A DNA stretch of 64,000 nucleotides from an uncultured delta proteobacterium. Its GTDB lineage: Bacteria > Myxococcota > Myxococcia > Myxococcales > Myxococcaceae. The notes under the pieces were generated by a model, which saw only the letters and a program-made list of their open reading frames with translations, searched no databases and had not been told where the DNA came from. Position 1 is the first letter of the stretch. Each line of letters opens with the position of its first letter. The stretch is taken from NCBI GenBank assembly GCA_963771175.1, contig CAVYSY010000045.1:64001-128000 (forward strand). Reading direction: 5' to 3'. The translations under genes were made by a program, and so were the position numbers. This document shows, piece by piece, positions 38,271 to 50,056 of this stretch.

Positions 38271-39197
38271 GTGAGCGAAGCCCTCGATACCGCGCATGAG
38301 CTGAGCGAAGTGCTGGAGGACCTGCGCCGCCACCTCCTGTGGCAGGAGGAGGCGGGGGGCCGGGTTCTCCAGGTGGATGCACGCCTTGCCGCCGAGCTGC
38401 GCGCGGCGCGTCCCCTGGCGATGCAGCGTGCCCAGGCCGTCGAAGGCCGCGCCGCAGCAGGCCCCGGCTGCTCCGCCTCCCACTCCTGTTGCCCCTCCGC
38501 CGCAGCCCGCGCCCGCCGCGCGCCCGCTGGCCGCCCGCCCGGCGACTCCTGCACCCGAGAAGCATCTCGAAGCCCCCCCGCAGGCGCGCCCTTCCGCCGG
38601 CTCGCTGCCCGGCGTGGTGGAGGGCGAGCGGCCGACGCTGGATCAGATCCGCCGCGAGCTGGGCGACTGCCGGCGCTGCAAGCTGTGCGACGGGCGCAAG
38701 AACATCGTCTTCGGGTCGGGCAACCCGCGCGCCGAGCTGGTCTTCGTGGGCGAGGGCCCGGGCGACGAGCGAGGACCTGCAGGGCGTGCCCTTCGTGGGC
38801 GCCGCCGGGCGAGCTGCTGACGAAGATGATCGAGGCGATGGGGTACCGCCGCGACGACGTCTACATCTGCAACGTGGTGAAGTGCCGGCCGCCGGGCAAC
38901 CGCAACCCCGAGCCCGACGAGATCGCCGCGTGCGAGCCGTTCCTGCGCGCGCAGCTCGCGGCGATGCAGCCCAAGGTGATCGTGGCGCTGGGCAAGTTCG
39001 CGGCGCAGACGCTGCTGCGGGACAGCACGCCCATCACCCGGCTGCGCGGACAGTGGCGCGAGTACGAGGGCATCCAGCTGATGCCCACCTTCCACCCGGC
39101 CTACCTGCTGCGCAGCCCGGCGGAGAAGAAGAAGGCGTGGGAGGACCTGCAGCAGGTGATGAAGTTCTTCGGCAAGCAACCCGGGCAGCGAGGCTGA
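38271..39197 (+). CDS. Family 4 uracil-DNA glycosylase with apparent frameshifts
   Basis: [34 protein letters not shown] split across frames. Confidence 0.88.
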   Translation: MSEALDTAHELSEVLEDLRRHLLWQEEAGGRVLQVDARLAAELRAARPLAMQRAQAVEGRAAAGPGCSASHSCCPSAAARARRAPAGRPPGDSCTREASRSPPAGAPFRRLAARRGGGRAADAGSDPPRAGRLPALQAVRRAQEHRLRVGQPARRAGLRGRGPGRRARTCRACPSWAPPGELLTKMIEAMGYRRDDVYICNVVKCRPPGNRNPEPDEIAACEPFLRAQLAAMQPKVIVALGKFAAQTLLRDSTPITRLRGQWREYEGIQLMPTFHPAYLLRSPAEKKKAWEDLQQVMKFFGKQPGQRG

Positions 39198-39222
39198 CCG
39201 GGTTCCCGGAGGGGGATACGCG

Positions 39223-40244
39223 ATGAAGGGAGTCGCTCGAGACGCAGCGAGATGCACTCGCCGGCGCTGGAGGGCAACCCGCTGGGAGACCCGGCACGCG
39301 CGCGAGCTCCGGGTGTACCTGCCGCCGGGTTACGCGGAGGGCGAACCGGCGCTACCCGGTGGTCTACTTCCTCACGCCTTCTCCGACAGCGGCAAGTCGT
39401 GGACGAACGTCTCGCGCGTTCGCGCCGAGCGTCCCCGAGCGGCTGGACGCGCTCGATCGCGGCGGGGACGATCCCCCCGGTCATCGGCGTGTTCGTGGAC
39501 GGGTGGACGTCGCTGGGCGGCAGCCAGTGGGTGAACAGCGAGGCCATCGGCCGCTACCGGGACTTCCTGGCGCAGCGACGTGGTGGGCTTCGTGGACCGC
39601 ACGTTCCGCACGCTGCCCAAGGCCGGCGTCGCGCGCGGTGGTGGGGCACAGCTCGGGCGGCTACGGCGCGCTGGTGATGGGCCGCTACCACCCGGACGAT
39701 CTTCGCGCACCTGGGCGCCCACTCCGGCGGACGCCTACTTCGAGTACTGCTACCTGCCCGACCTGCCCAAGGCGGCCGGCGGCGCTGCTCAAGGCGGGCG
39801 GCGTGGAGGCGCTGGTACCGCGACTTCACCCGGCGCGCGCCGCGAGACCAAGCTGCGCGGCGACGACTTCACCGGTCATCAACGTGCTGGCCATGGCCGC
39901 GGCGTACTCGCCGAAGAAGGGCGAGCCGCTCAACCTGGAGCTGCCCTTCGATCCGCAGACGGGCCGGCTGCAGCTGGACGTCTGGAACCGCTGGCTGGTG
40001 CACGACCCGGTGCGCTTCGTGCCCAAGTTCCTGGACGCCTTCCGCAAGCTGAAGACCGTCTTCATCGACTGCGGCACCCGCGACGAGTTCAACCTGCGCT
40101 GGGGCGCTCGGATGATCACCGAGGAGCTCAAGGACGGCGGCGTCGAGCTCATCCACGAGGAGTTCGAGGACGGGCACATCGGGCGTCAACTACCGCTTCG
40201 AGCGCTCGCTGGCGGTGCTCGCGCCGCGGCTCGCGAGCGAGTAG
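39223..40244 (+). CDS. Putative esterase (alpha/beta hydrolase), multiply frameshifted
   Basis: HSPALEGNPLGDP, VYLPPGY, GHSSGGYGAL, IDCGTRDEF, EEFEDGH across frames. Confidence 0.75.
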
Positions 40245-40375
40245 CGGACGGGGAGGGCCCCGATGACGCGGGGCGTTGTCGAAGCCTCTGGCGCTCCCAC
40301 GTTCGCCCGGATAGACGCTACCCGTGCACTCGTGCGGGTAGCGGCTGTGTCCACCCGCGACCAGGAGATGGAGCC

Positions 40376-41408
40376 ATGAGCATCGACCGCTATGGATTGT
40401 CCCGTGTCATTGGGGAGAAGGGCGTGCTGCCCCAGCGGGCGCGCAAGCTGGACCCTTCGCTGCCCTGCCGGGAGGCCGAGCTGCCTCATCGACGTGGAGA
40501 GCCTCAACATCGACGCCGCCTCCTTCAAGCAGATCAAGGACGAGGTGGGCGCGGAGCCGGCCCGCATCGCCGCGCGCGTGCAGGAGATCGTCCGCGAGCG
40601 GGGCAAGATGCAGAACCCGGTGACGGGCTCGGGCGGCATGCTCATCGGACGGGTGAAGGAGATCGGCCCGAAGCACCCGGCGCGCGGCGAGCTCCAGCCG
40701 GGCGACCGCATCGCCACGCTGGTGAGCCTCAGCCTGACGCCGCTCGTCATCGAGGAGGTGAAGGCCGTGCACCCGTCCATCGACCGGGTGGACATCCGCG
40801 GCTACGCCATCCTCTTCGCCTCGGGCCTCTACGCGAAGCTGCCCACGGACATGCCGGACACGCTGGCCCTGGCGGCGCTGGATGTGTGCGGCGCGCCGGC
40901 CCTCGTGGACCGGTACGTCCGGCCGGGGATGACGGTGGCGGTGCTCGGGGCGGGCAAGAGCGGGGCCCTCTGCCTCGCGCAGGCGCGGCGCAACCTGAAG
41001 GGGCAGGGGCGGCTGCTGGCGCTCGACATCTCCGAGCCGGCCCTCACCGCCCTGAAGGGCATGGGCCTCTGCGATGCGGCGCTCCAGGTGAATGCCACCC
41101 AGGCGGTGGAGGTGATGGAGACCGTCTCCCGGGCCACCGACGGCGCGCTCTGCGATCTGCTCATCAACTGCGCCTCCGTGGGCAACACGGAGATGGCCTC
41201 CATCCTCAGCGTGAAGGACGGCGGGACGGTCATCTTCTTCTCCATGGCCACCAGCTTCACCGCGGCCGCGCTGGGCGCCGAGGGCGTGGGCAAGGACGTC
41301 ACCATGGTGGTGGGCAGCGGGTACGTGCCCGGGCACGCCGACTTCACCCTCGAGCTGCTGCGCTCCGAGCCCGCCCTGCGCCGGCTCTTCGAGTCGCGCT
41401 ACGTCTAG
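40376..41408 (+). CDS. kdd: L-erythro-3,5-diaminohexanoate dehydrogenase, frameshift at ~40485
   Basis: LNIDAASF, RGKMQNPVTGSGGMLIG, LDVCGAPA, FFSMATSF. Adjacent to kamDE. Confidence 0.88.
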
Positions 41409-41604
41409 TCGGAACCTCGGCGAGCAGGAGTGCCCGAGCGCCCGGGATGCGGCCGATCGAGCCGCCCCGGGCGTCATTACGCACTGAGCCATTTCCGCGC
41501 GAGTTCTCGGGGGACGAGACTCCGTGTAGGCGCGGGCAATACTGCGGGTGGCGGGCGCCGAGGTTATTGAAGTACTCCGCCTGCTTGGCGGATAAGGTGC
41601 CACC

Positions 41605-43155
41605 ATGCCAGGTCCGTTCATCGAGGACGCGCAGCTCGTTCATGCGCGAAAGCTGGCGGAGGACATCACTGAGCCCATCTTCGAGCTCATCCGCCGCCAC
41701 ACCACTGTCTCCGTCGAGCGCACCGTGTTGCGTTTCTTCGGCATCTCGGATGCTGGAGCCGGAGGCGTGCCGCTCGCCAATCTGATGGTCGATCGGCTCA
41801 AGGAAGCCCGAGTCCTCAACAAGGGGGCGGCGTACTGGTACGGCCGCGCCCTGCAGATGGGGGCCCGCAGTCCCCTGGAGGCCGTGGAGCGCCTGACCGT
41901 GCTGCCCATGGAGAAGCTGGGGCCCCTCTCGCCGGAGATGGAGCACAACCTCCGCGAGGAGGTTCGCGCCGAGGCCCACGCGGCCATGGAGGACTTCAAG
42001 TCCCGCATCGCCCAGCGTGACGCGCTGCGCAAGGAGCTGGGCAGTGCCCCGGCGCCGCACAAGTACGTCATCGTGGCCACGGGCAACATCTACGACGACG
42101 TGGATCAGGCTCGGGCCGCCGCGCAGGCCGGCGCGGACATCATCGCGGTCATCCGCTCCACGGCGCAGTCGCTGCTGGACTACGTGCCCCACGGCGCCAC
42201 CACCGAGGGCTACGGCGGCACCTACGCCACCCAGGAGAACTTCCGCATCATGCGCGAGGCCCTGGATGACGAGAGCCGCAAGCTCAAGCGCTACATCCAG
42301 CTCACCAACTACTCGTCGGGCCTGTGCATGGCGGAGATCGCCTTCGCCGCGGCCTACGAGCGGCTGGACATGCTGCTCAACGACGCGATGTACGGAATCC
42401 TCTTCCGCGACATCAACATGCGGCGCACGTTCATCGACCAGTACTTCAGCCGCCGCATCTGCGCCCAGGCCGGCATCATCATCAACACCGGCGAGGACAA
42501 CTACATCACCACCGCGGACGCCTACGACGCGGCGCACACGGTCATCGCCAGCCAGTTCATCAACGAGTCCTTCGCCAAGCGCGCGGGCCTCGAGGACTGG
42601 CAGCTCGGCCTGGGGCACTCGTACGAGATCGACCCGTACCGGGCGGACACGCTCCTGTTGGAGCTGTCGCAGGCCATGCTCGTGCGGCGGTGCTTCCCCG
42701 ACGCGCCGCTCAAGTACATGCCGCCCACCAAGCACAAGGAGACGGACATCTTCTTCAGCCACGCGTACGACGTGATGGCGGACCTGGTGGCCATCTGGAC
42801 GCGGCAGGGCATCCAGCTCCTGGGGATGATGACCGAGGCCATGCACACGCCACTGCTGGCGGACCGGTACGTGGCGCTCAAGGCGGCCAGCTACATCTAC
42901 CGGGCGGCGGCGGGCATCGACGAGGAGTTCACCGTGCGCGAGGACGGGAAGATCGCCAACCGCGCGCGCGAGGTGTTCGCCAAGGCGATGGAGCTGCTGG
43001 AGGAGTGCCAGAAGGACGGCATGGTGGCGGCCATCGGCCGGGGCCACTTCGGCGACGTCAAGCGCGCCGAGACGGGTGGCAAGGGGCTGGATGGGGTCTT
43101 CGAGAAGGCGCCCGACTATTTCAACCCGTTCCAAGAGCTGCTGGAGGCGCCGTGA
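41605..43155 (+). CDS. kamD: Lysine 5,6-aminomutase alpha subunit
   Basis: TTVSVERTV, VATGNIY, GYGGTYATQENFR, NYSSGLCM, KYMPPTK. Confidence 0.92.
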   Translation: MPGPFIEDAQLVHARKLAEDITEPIFELIRRHTTVSVERTVLRFFGISDAGAGGVPLANLMVDRLKEARVLNKGAAYWYGRALQMGARSPLEAVERLTVLPMEKLGPLSPEMEHNLREEVRAEAHAAMEDFKSRIAQRDALRKELGSAPAPHKYVIVATGNIYDDVDQARAAAQAGADIIAVIRSTAQSLLDYVPHGATTEGYGGTYATQENFRIMREALDDESRKLKRYIQLTNYSSGLCMAEIAFAAAYERLDMLLNDAMYGILFRDINMRRTFIDQYFSRRICAQAGIIINTGEDNYITTADAYDAAHTVIASQFINESFAKRAGLEDWQLGLGHSYEIDPYRADTLLLELSQAMLVRRCFPDAPLKYMPPTKHKETDIFFSHAYDVMADLVAIWTRQGIQLLGMMTEAMHTPLLADRYVALKAASYIYRAAAGIDEEFTVREDGKIANRAREVFAKAMELLEECQKDGMVAAIGRGHFGDVKRAETGGKGLDGVFEKAPDYFNPFQELLEAP

Positions 43156-43643
43156 TGCTCGGCTCGTTGCTGGTGATGGTGCTCGCCGCCGGAGAGCCGG
43201 CGGAGACGCTGACGAAGTACGAGGTGAAGACGCTCGCGCTGCAGGTGCCCTCCGAGTGGAAGCAGTCCGAGGCGGATGGCACCCAGCGCTTCGACGACCC
43301 GTCCGGGGACGCGTACCTGTTGCTGGACGTGGGCTCGGTGCAGACGTCGGGGATGAAGGCCCGGGTGTGCCTGGAGAAGATCCTCGCCGCCATGGGCAAA
43401 GAGGATTGGAAGAAGCTCAAGTTGGGCAAGGCTCCCGCGGCGCGGCGCGTGAACACGGACACCACTCCGGATGGCGCCGAGTCCGTGGAGACCGTGACGT
43501 ACGTGGGCTGTGACGGGAAGACCACCTGGTCGCTCGTCTTCCACATGGACGTGAAGAAGAAGGACCGCTTCGAGGCGCTCGTGGCGAAGGTGGCCAACAG
43601 CGTCGCGTACTCGAAACCGTCCGTGAGCAAGAAGGGGAAGTAG
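43155..43643 (+). CDS. Hypothetical exported protein
   Basis: TGATG coupling to kamD; hydrophobic N-terminus MLGSLLVMVLAA. Confidence 0.65.
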   Translation: MLGSLLVMVLAAGEPAETLTKYEVKTLALQVPSEWKQSEADGTQRFDDPSGDAYLLLDVGSVQTSGMKARVCLEKILAAMGKEDWKKLKLGKAPAARRVNTDTTPDGAESVETVTYVGCDGKTTWSLVFHMDVKKKDRFEALVAKVANSVAYSKPSVSKKGK

Positions 43644-43648
43644 CCGCC

Positions 43649-44437
43649 ATGGCGACGAAGCCGACGAAGCAGATCATCCGCCCCTATGGCGACCGTCGTG
43701 ATGACGGCGTGGTGCAGCTCTCGTTCACGCTGCCGGTGCCGTTGTCGGAGAAGGCCAAGGAGGCCGCCGCCGTCTTCACCAAGAAGATGGGGTTCACCGA
43801 TGTGAAGGTGGCCGCCGCCGAGCGCGCCGCCGATACGTACACCTTCTTCATCGTGTACGCGCGCACCTCGATCTCGCTCGACTATGCGGAGATCGACGTG
43901 CCCGAGGTCGTGGTGAAGAAGCTGGGCTTCGATGACCTCAACGTGCTCATCAAGGACAAGGTGGGCCGGCGCATCGTGGTGTTCGGCGCCTGCACGGGCA
44001 CGGACACGCACACGGTGGGCATCGACGCCATCCTCAACATGAAGGGCTACGCGGGCGACTACGGTCTGGAGCGCTACCCCGGGTTCGAGGCCCACAACCT
44101 GGGCAGCCAGGTGCCCAACGAGGACCTCATCAAGAAGGCCCAGGCGCGCAACGCGGACGCCATCCTCGTGTCGCAGGTCGTCACCCAGCGTGACGTGCAC
44201 AAGGACAACTCGCGCCAGTTCATCGAGGCCGCCAAGGCCGCGGGCATCCACGGCAAGACGCTCCTGCTGCTGGGCGGGCCGCGCGTGGACCACAAGCTGG
44301 CGTTGGACCTGGGCTTCGACGCGGGCTTCGGCCCCGGCACCAAGCCCTCGGACGTGGCCAACTACATCGTGCACCAGGTCCTCCAGAAGGAAGGCAAGGA
44401 GGAGAAGAACATGCACTGGGAGGGGGAACCCAAGTGA
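43649..44437 (+). CDS. kamE: Lysine 5,6-aminomutase beta subunit (cobalamin-binding)
   Basis: [21 protein letters not shown] (DxHxxG), MKGYAG. Confidence 0.92.
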   Translation: MATKPTKQIIRPYGDRRDDGVVQLSFTLPVPLSEKAKEAAAVFTKKMGFTDVKVAAAERAADTYTFFIVYARTSISLDYAEIDVPEVVVKKLGFDDLNVLIKDKVGRRIVVFGACTGTDTHTVGIDAILNMKGYAGDYGLERYPGFEAHNLGSQVPNEDLIKKAQARNADAILVSQVVTQRDVHKDNSRQFIEAAKAAGIHGKTLLLLGGPRVDHKLALDLGFDAGFGPGTKPSDVANYIVHQVLQKEGKEEKNMHWEGEPK

Positions 44438-44829
44438 GTAACGTGAAGGCCGTCATCCGCCTGCGCATGAGCAGCCACGACGCGCACTACGGCGGCAACC
44501 TGGTGGACGGGGCCCGCATGCTGGGCCTGTTCGGCGACGTGGCCACCGAGCTGTGCATCCGCCTCGACGGGGACGAGGGCCTGTTCCGCGCCTATGACTC
44601 CGTGGAGTTCCTCGCGCCGGTGTACGCCGGGGACTTCATCGAGGCCGAGGGGGAGATCGTCCAGACGGGCAACACCTCGCGGAAGATGCGCTTCGAGGCG
44701 CGCAAGGTCATCCGCCCGCGTCCGGACGTGAACGACTCGGCGGCGGACGTGTTGCCGGAGCCGGTGGTGGTGTGTCGGGCTAGCGGCACCTGCGTGGTTC
44801 CCAAGGACAAACAGCGAGGCCAGCGATGA
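44434..44829 (+). CDS. kal: 3-aminobutyryl-CoA ammonia lyase (hotdog fold)
   Basis: [27 protein letters not shown]. Confidence 0.88.
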   Translation: MSNVKAVIRLRMSSHDAHYGGNLVDGARMLGLFGDVATELCIRLDGDEGLFRAYDSVEFLAPVYAGDFIEAEGEIVQTGNTSRKMRFEARKVIRPRPDVNDSAADVLPEPVVVCRASGTCVVPKDKQRGQR

Positions 44830-45665
44830 GCACTCCCATGGTCATTACCGCGGCGATGATCGGCGCGGAGACGACGCGCGAGCAGACGCCCTACCTGCCC
44901 ATCAGCGCGGAGGAGATCGCCGAGGACGCGGCGAAGTGCCGGGAGGCCGGTGCGGCGATGGTGCACCTGCACGTGCGCACGCCGGACGGCAAGCCGTCGC
45001 AGGACACGGAGCTGTTCCGGGCGGCCATCCGGGCCATCCGCAAGCGGACGGACATCCTCATCCAGGTGTCCACGGGTGGCGCGGTGGGGATGGGCGTGGA
45101 CGAGCGCTGCGGCGGGCTGCGGCTGACCGGCGAGGATCGGCCGGACATGGCCACGCTGACGACGGGCACGGTGAACTTCGGCGACGAGGTGTTCTGGAAC
45201 CCGCGCCCGCTGGTGAGGGACATCGCCCGGCGCATCAAGGCGCTGGGCCTCCGGCCGGAGTTCGAGTGCTTCGACGTGGGCATGGTCGACGAGGCTCGGG
45301 CGCTGGCGAAGGAGGGGGTGGCGGAGCTGCCGGGTCACTTCGACTTCGTGCTGGGCGTGCCGGGAGCGCTGACGGCTCGCGAGGACGCGCTGGACTTCAT
45401 GATCAAGTCCCTGCCCGAGGCGAGCACCTGGACGGTGGCGGGCGTGGGGCGGCACCAGTTGCCGTTCGTGGAGCTGGCGGCGGAGCGGGGCGGTAACGCG
45501 CGCGTGGGGCTCGAGGACAACATCTACGTGTCCAAGGGCGTGCTGGCGAAGGGCAACTGGGAGCTGGTGGCGGAGGCGGCGAAGCGGGCGAAGGCGAAGG
45601 GCCGCACCCTGGCCACCCCGCAGGAGGCCCGCAAGCTGCTGCGTCTGGACGTGCCCACCGCCTGA
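44826..45665 (+). CDS. kce: 3-keto-5-aminohexanoate cleavage enzyme
   Basis: ITAA..GAE, HLHVR, STGG, RVGLEDN. Confidence 0.9.
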   Translation: MSTPMVITAAMIGAETTREQTPYLPISAEEIAEDAAKCREAGAAMVHLHVRTPDGKPSQDTELFRAAIRAIRKRTDILIQVSTGGAVGMGVDERCGGLRLTGEDRPDMATLTTGTVNFGDEVFWNPRPLVRDIARRIKALGLRPEFECFDVGMVDEARALAKEGVAELPGHFDFVLGVPGALTAREDALDFMIKSLPEASTWTVAGVGRHQLPFVELAAERGGNARVGLEDNIYVSKGVLAKGNWELVAEAAKRAKAKGRTLATPQEARKLLRLDVPTA

Positions 45666-45748
45666 GCGGAGGTGGACCCTACCTCTCCCGTCAGACCTTC
45701 CTGTAGAATGTGAGCAGTCAGGCAGGAAGGTCTGGGAGAGGAGCGGGT

Positions 45749-46333
45749 ATGGGTCGGGTCAAGCGTCCAGCCACCTACGAGGACATCGAGGCATTACCGC
45801 CGGGGTGGGTGGGGGAGCTCATCGATGACGAGCTGTGGGCCTTCCCACGGCCGGCGTCGTGGCATGGATGGGTGGCGTCGGTGCTGGGGGGAATGCTGGG
45901 GAATTCGTTCAGCTATGGAAGGGGAGGGCCGGGCGGTTGGTGGATCATCGACGAGCCGGAGTTGCACTTCGGCCGGCAGGTGCTCGTGCCTGACCTGGCG
46001 GGCTGGCGTCAGGAGCGCGCACCCGGGCTGCTCGAGCGAGAGGTGCCCTTCTTCGAGCTGGCGCCCGACTGGGTCTGCGAGGTGCTGTCCCCCTCGACGG
46101 CCGCGTTGGACCGAGGGCGCAAGCTGTCCGTCTACTACCAGGAGGGCGTGAGCCACGCGTGGTTGGTGGACCCGAGGGCCCACACCCTGGAGGTCTACCG
46201 CCGGGGAGCGCGAGGCTGGCGGTTCGCCCGGTACGGGGGTGAGGACGTGGTCCGCGCCGAGCCGTTCGATGCCGAGCCGCTCGACCTGGGGCGGCTCTGG
46301 GCTCCGGGCTCCACCCGGTCGCCCGTGCCCTGA
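45749..46333 (+). CDS. Uma2-family endonuclease
   Basis: EPELH, VPDLAGWR, APDWVCEVLSPST, WLVDP. Confidence 0.9.
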   Translation: MGRVKRPATYEDIEALPPGWVGELIDDELWAFPRPASWHGWVASVLGGMLGNSFSYGRGGPGGWWIIDEPELHFGRQVLVPDLAGWRQERAPGLLEREVPFFELAPDWVCEVLSPSTAALDRGRKLSVYYQEGVSHAWLVDPRAHTLEVYRRGARGWRFARYGGEDVVRAEPFDAEPLDLGRLWAPGSTRSPVP

Positions 46334-46343
46334 GTCCTTGGGT

Positions 46344-47081
46344 TCACGGGCCAGCGGGGCCCTGGAATCCCTTCGCGCGGAAGGTCAGGACCAGCGTGTC
46401 CCGGTGCCCCCGGTCGGCCAGCGGCTGGATCGGCGTGCTCTCGTGGATGACGCGCTCGTCGTCGAGCAGGAGCACCGACCACGGCTCGGTCAGGGTGAAG
46501 CGGATGCCGTGCGGGCCGGCGGCCTCGAACACGCGCGTCTCGCCGCCCTTGATGCCCTCGCGCCCGACGAGCAGCACGGCGACGAAGTCCACACCGTCGC
46601 GGTGCGCGCCCTCGGGCGTCGGCCGGCCGATGCCGTCCGTCGTGTCGATGCGGAACTGGTGCGCCTCGACGAACCACGGCTGTGGCCCCTTCATCGCGGA
46701 GCAGCACGCGGCGAGCCCGCGCAGCAACTGCGGCCAGACCGGCTGCGCGACAACGGCTGGCATCATCGGCTCGAACCAGCGCTCCAGTCCGCCGTGCAGC
46801 GCGTTGTATTCGATCGGCTGCCAGTGCGCGCGGTGCGGCACCGGGCTGACCGACGCGCCCTCGACGACGAAGCACGAGTGCCGGCGCGAGCGATAGCGGC
46901 CGCCGTCGCGCAGGTAGGCGTCGGGCGGCAGGTCGTTCCAGGTCGGACGCAGGGCCTCGAGCGCGGCGGCCGGGGTGCCCACCAGCTCGCACAGGCCCGT
47001 GCGGCTGAGGACGGCGTAGCCGCGGTCGCGCAGGACGGCGGTGAGTTCGGAAGGCGGTGTGACGGGCGGCGAGAGACTCAT
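46344..47081 (-). CDS. 2OG-Fe(II) dioxygenase family protein
   Basis: YRSRRH, PTPEGAHRDG, HEST, RDTLV. Confidence 0.85.
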   Translation of the reverse strand: MSLSPPVTPPSELTAVLRDRGYAVLSRTGLCELVGTPAAALEALRPTWNDLPPDAYLRDGGRYRSRRHSCFVVEGASVSPVPHRAHWQPIEYNALHGGLERWFEPMMPAVVAQPVWPQLLRGLAACCSAMKGPQPWFVEAHQFRIDTTDGIGRPTPEGAHRDGVDFVAVLLVGREGIKGGETRVFEAAGPHGIRFTLTEPWSVLLLDDERVIHESTPIQPLADRGHRDTLVLTFRAKGFQGPAGP

Positions 47082-47182
47082 GGGGGCGGTGTAACCATCG
47101 CCGGGCGGTGCCTGCTTGGAAAGAGCCTTGGCGGGTCCTGGCTGGACTCAACCCCCGCTCCCTCTGCTAGAGGGCAACACCT

Positions 47183-47959
47183 ATGGATACGGAACTGCGC
47201 GGAAAGGGTGTCCTCGTCACGGGAGGAGCGGGTGGCATCGGGAGCGCGGTGGTGCGCGCCTTCGCGGAGGAGGGGGCGAAGGTGGCGGTGCATTACCACC
47301 AGAGCGCCGAGAAGGCCGAGTCCCTGGCGAAGGAGCTGGGCGGAGCCGCGCTGAAGGCCGACCTGACGTCCGAGCCTGACGTGGACGCGCTGGTGCCGGC
47401 GGCGGTGAAGGCGCTGGGTCGGCTGGACGTACTGGTGGCGAACGCGGGCGTGTGGCCGCCGCCGGACGAGGGCGTGTGGCAGATGTCGCTGGAGCGCTGG
47501 CGCCGGACGCTGGCGGAGAACCTGGACAGCGTGTTCCTGAGCTGCCGGGCGTTCCTGCGCCATGTGGCGACGACGGGGACGGGGAACATCATCCTCATCA
47601 GCTCGACGGCGGGGCTGTTCGGCGAGGCGGGACACTCGGACTACGCGGCGGCGAAGGGCGCGCTGGCGAGCGGGTTCCTCAAGAGCCTGAAGAATGAAAT
47701 CACCCGCATCGCGCCGCTGGGCCGGGTGAACACGGTGTGCCCGGGGTGGACGGCGGTGGACCGGCACAAGGACAAGCTGGAGAACCCGGCGTTCATCAAC
47801 CGGGTGACTCGGACGATGCCGCTGCGCAAGGTGGGCCGTCCCGAGGACGTGGCGCGGGTGGTGGTGACGCTGGCATCCGACCGCATCTCCGGCCACGTCA
47901 CGGGCGAGGTCATCACCGTGGCGGGAGGCATGGAGGGCCGCGTCCTGCACGAGACCTGA
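47183..47959 (+). CDS. SDR family oxidoreductase
   Basis: TGGAGGIG, ANAG, YAAAK. Confidence 0.92.
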   Translation: MDTELRGKGVLVTGGAGGIGSAVVRAFAEEGAKVAVHYHQSAEKAESLAKELGGAALKADLTSEPDVDALVPAAVKALGRLDVLVANAGVWPPPDEGVWQMSLERWRRTLAENLDSVFLSCRAFLRHVATTGTGNIILISSTAGLFGEAGHSDYAAAKGALASGFLKSLKNEITRIAPLGRVNTVCPGWTAVDRHKDKLENPAFINRVTRTMPLRKVGRPEDVARVVVTLASDRISGHVTGEVITVAGGMEGRVLHET

Positions 47960-47985
47960 GCCCATGCGGCTGGAGCGAGCCGACA

Positions 47986-48905
47986 TCACCGTCGCTCTTC
48001 GTCGACCTGGCCATTCGCGAGGATGACCCAGCGGTAGTCATCGTCGCAGGCTCGGCACGCCTTGAACCAGGAGCCCTCGGTGATGAGGGTGCGCTTGTGC
48101 TCCACCAGCCAGGCCCAGGTGTGGTCACGCACATGCCCGAGCCGTCCCTCTCCCGCGCACGTCGTTCACGCACGGCATCAGCTCTCCTTCCACCGTGATG
48201 AACGTGACAGCTCCGAAGATGCCGCATCCCTGGCAGCCATTCGCTGGTCGATGCGAAGTGACGACTCCCCCACGCGTGTGGAGGCGCCGGTAGAAGAAGT
48301 CGAAGCCGAGCTCCGTGGCCCAGTTTCTAACGGCATCCCGGCCGTGGGCGTTGTTGGGCGTCTCCACGAAGTTCACACGGACTCTCAGGTGCTCCGGACG
48401 GAGAGTCGCGGAGATGCTCGAGGTTCTCCCGGACTTGTTCGGGTTTCGCGCCGCGCGTGACGATGGGGGCGAGCTCCCGCGCATCCAGACCATGAACGCT
48501 CACCTGGAACTGCGCCAGTCCCGCGGCGATCAGCTTCCGCTGCCGGTCTGGCGTCAGACGGATGCCGTTGGTGATCGCACAAGGAGAGAAGCCCCGTGCC
48601 GAGAGCGCTTCGACGAAGGACTCCAATCGCGGGTGCAGGAGCGCGTCGCCGAGCCCGCTGAACATCACCACGGCGTTGTCGGGCAGGAACGCCAGGATCT
48701 CCTGGAAGGTGCTCTCCAACATCAATCCCTTCGGGCGCGTCATCTCCTCTCGGGGGCAGAACGAGCAGACGATGTTGCAGGCCGAGGCGAGCTCGATGTC
48801 GAACAAGGGGGCCTGCTCGAGCAGGGCAAGGTTTGCTGCCCGTCGCCGCTCCTCGGACCAGGCCTGCACGGTGGCGACGAGAGCATCGGTCCGCTCAGCG
48901 TCCAT
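47986..48905 (-). CDS. Radical SAM protein with SPASM/twitch-like C-terminus, ~3 frameshifts
   Basis: CNIVCSFC; later C..CGIF, MPCVND, CRACDD in successive frames; stop at 47986. Confidence 0.75.
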
Positions 48906-50030
48906 GGCGTCTTCCCGTGAGGTCGAACTGCCGCATCCGTCCACTCCATCGCACCGGCGAGACGACACCTGCCCCGTGCCGAGCCCTCCACGTGGGCGAC
49001 AGGAAGTTCTCGCGGTCATAGGGCACGGAGGCGTGTTCCTCGGACTTCTGGCAGTTCATTCCGCACCCGTCGCAGTGCCACTCCAACCGTCCTACGGAGA
49101 ATCCTCGCCGGATCCTCCGGTAGAGGGGGCCGTTCCAGATGGTGGTGAAGGGCTCGTTCAGGATGTTGCCCGCTGCGTCGCCTCCATGGGAGTGGCAGGC
49201 CAGCACGGCACCGTCGATGTCGATCCAGGTCTCGTGCCAGGGGAGGTGGCAGGCCGTGGCCTCCAGCGCGGCCGTTGCCGCCGGGGCTTCGGGCTCGGCG
49301 CATTCGAGGGCGATTCCCAGGCGTTCTCCTTCCCGCACGGCTTCTTCCAGCACGGGAGGCCACACGGAGAGGTCGTGCATCAGGGACTCGTCATCCAGCT
49401 CTTCCGTGAACGAGAAGAGGTGGTAGGCCTTCACGCGGTGGGCTCCGAGCTCCGCGGCGAGGCGCACCAACGCGGGCAGCTCCCGGTAGTTCGAGCGCAT
49501 GAGCGTCATCTGCAAGGAGATGGTCGGACGCGCGGGCGCATCGCGCAGGGCATCCACCAGTCGGCGGACATTGGCGCGGATGGCGTCGAAGCTCGCGCCA
49601 CGGCGGAGCCGTTCGAACGTCTCGCGGCTCGCGCCGTCGAAGGACACCTTCACATCTCGGGCGATGGGCTGCATCCAGGCGATGCGCTCGGGCGTGAGCA
49701 GCGTACCGTTGGTCGTGAGATCGAGCAGCACTCCATGGCGCTCCATTTCCCCACACAGCCTGGAGAAGAGCGGCCAGGTGAGCGGCTCGCCGAGGTTGGT
49801 CGGGTGGAGCTCCGTCAGGGTGGGGAACAGCTCGGCTACCACTCGCTCCAGCACTCGCTCGTCCATCCGCGGTTTCTTGCTCGCGCGCGGAATCTGGCAG
49901 ATGCGGGCAGTCGAGGTTGCAGCTATCGGTGGTCTGGAGGGTCAGCTTGACGGGTAGGGCGTCCAGCACCTCCGCGTGGGCCTGGTGGGCCTCGTCCCCG
50001 CGCCGCAGGTATGTCCATCATCTCGCGCAT
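48895..50030 (-). CDS. Radical SAM/SPASM protein, 2 apparent insertions near the 5' end
   Basis: CNLDCPHCQ restored by removing one base; GEPL, TTNGTLL, CHLPW, LACH, CDGCGMNC. Confidence 0.8.
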
Positions 50031-50056
50031 GGAGCGGGTGCCGGGAGTCCAGCTTC

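Noticed and set aside
38271..41408. Programmed frameshifting or true pseudogenes
   Set aside because: Multiple scattered indels without slippery-site pattern; more consistent with sequencing error.
45749..46333. Uma2 endonuclease as a mobile element or defence system
   Set aside because: Stand-alone member of a family expanded in myxobacteria; no flanking repeats or partner genes seen.
46344..47959. 2OG-Fe dioxygenase and SDR as part of the 7-gene operon
   Set aside because: The SDR is convergent to the operon and separates it from the dioxygenase; no evidence of coupling.
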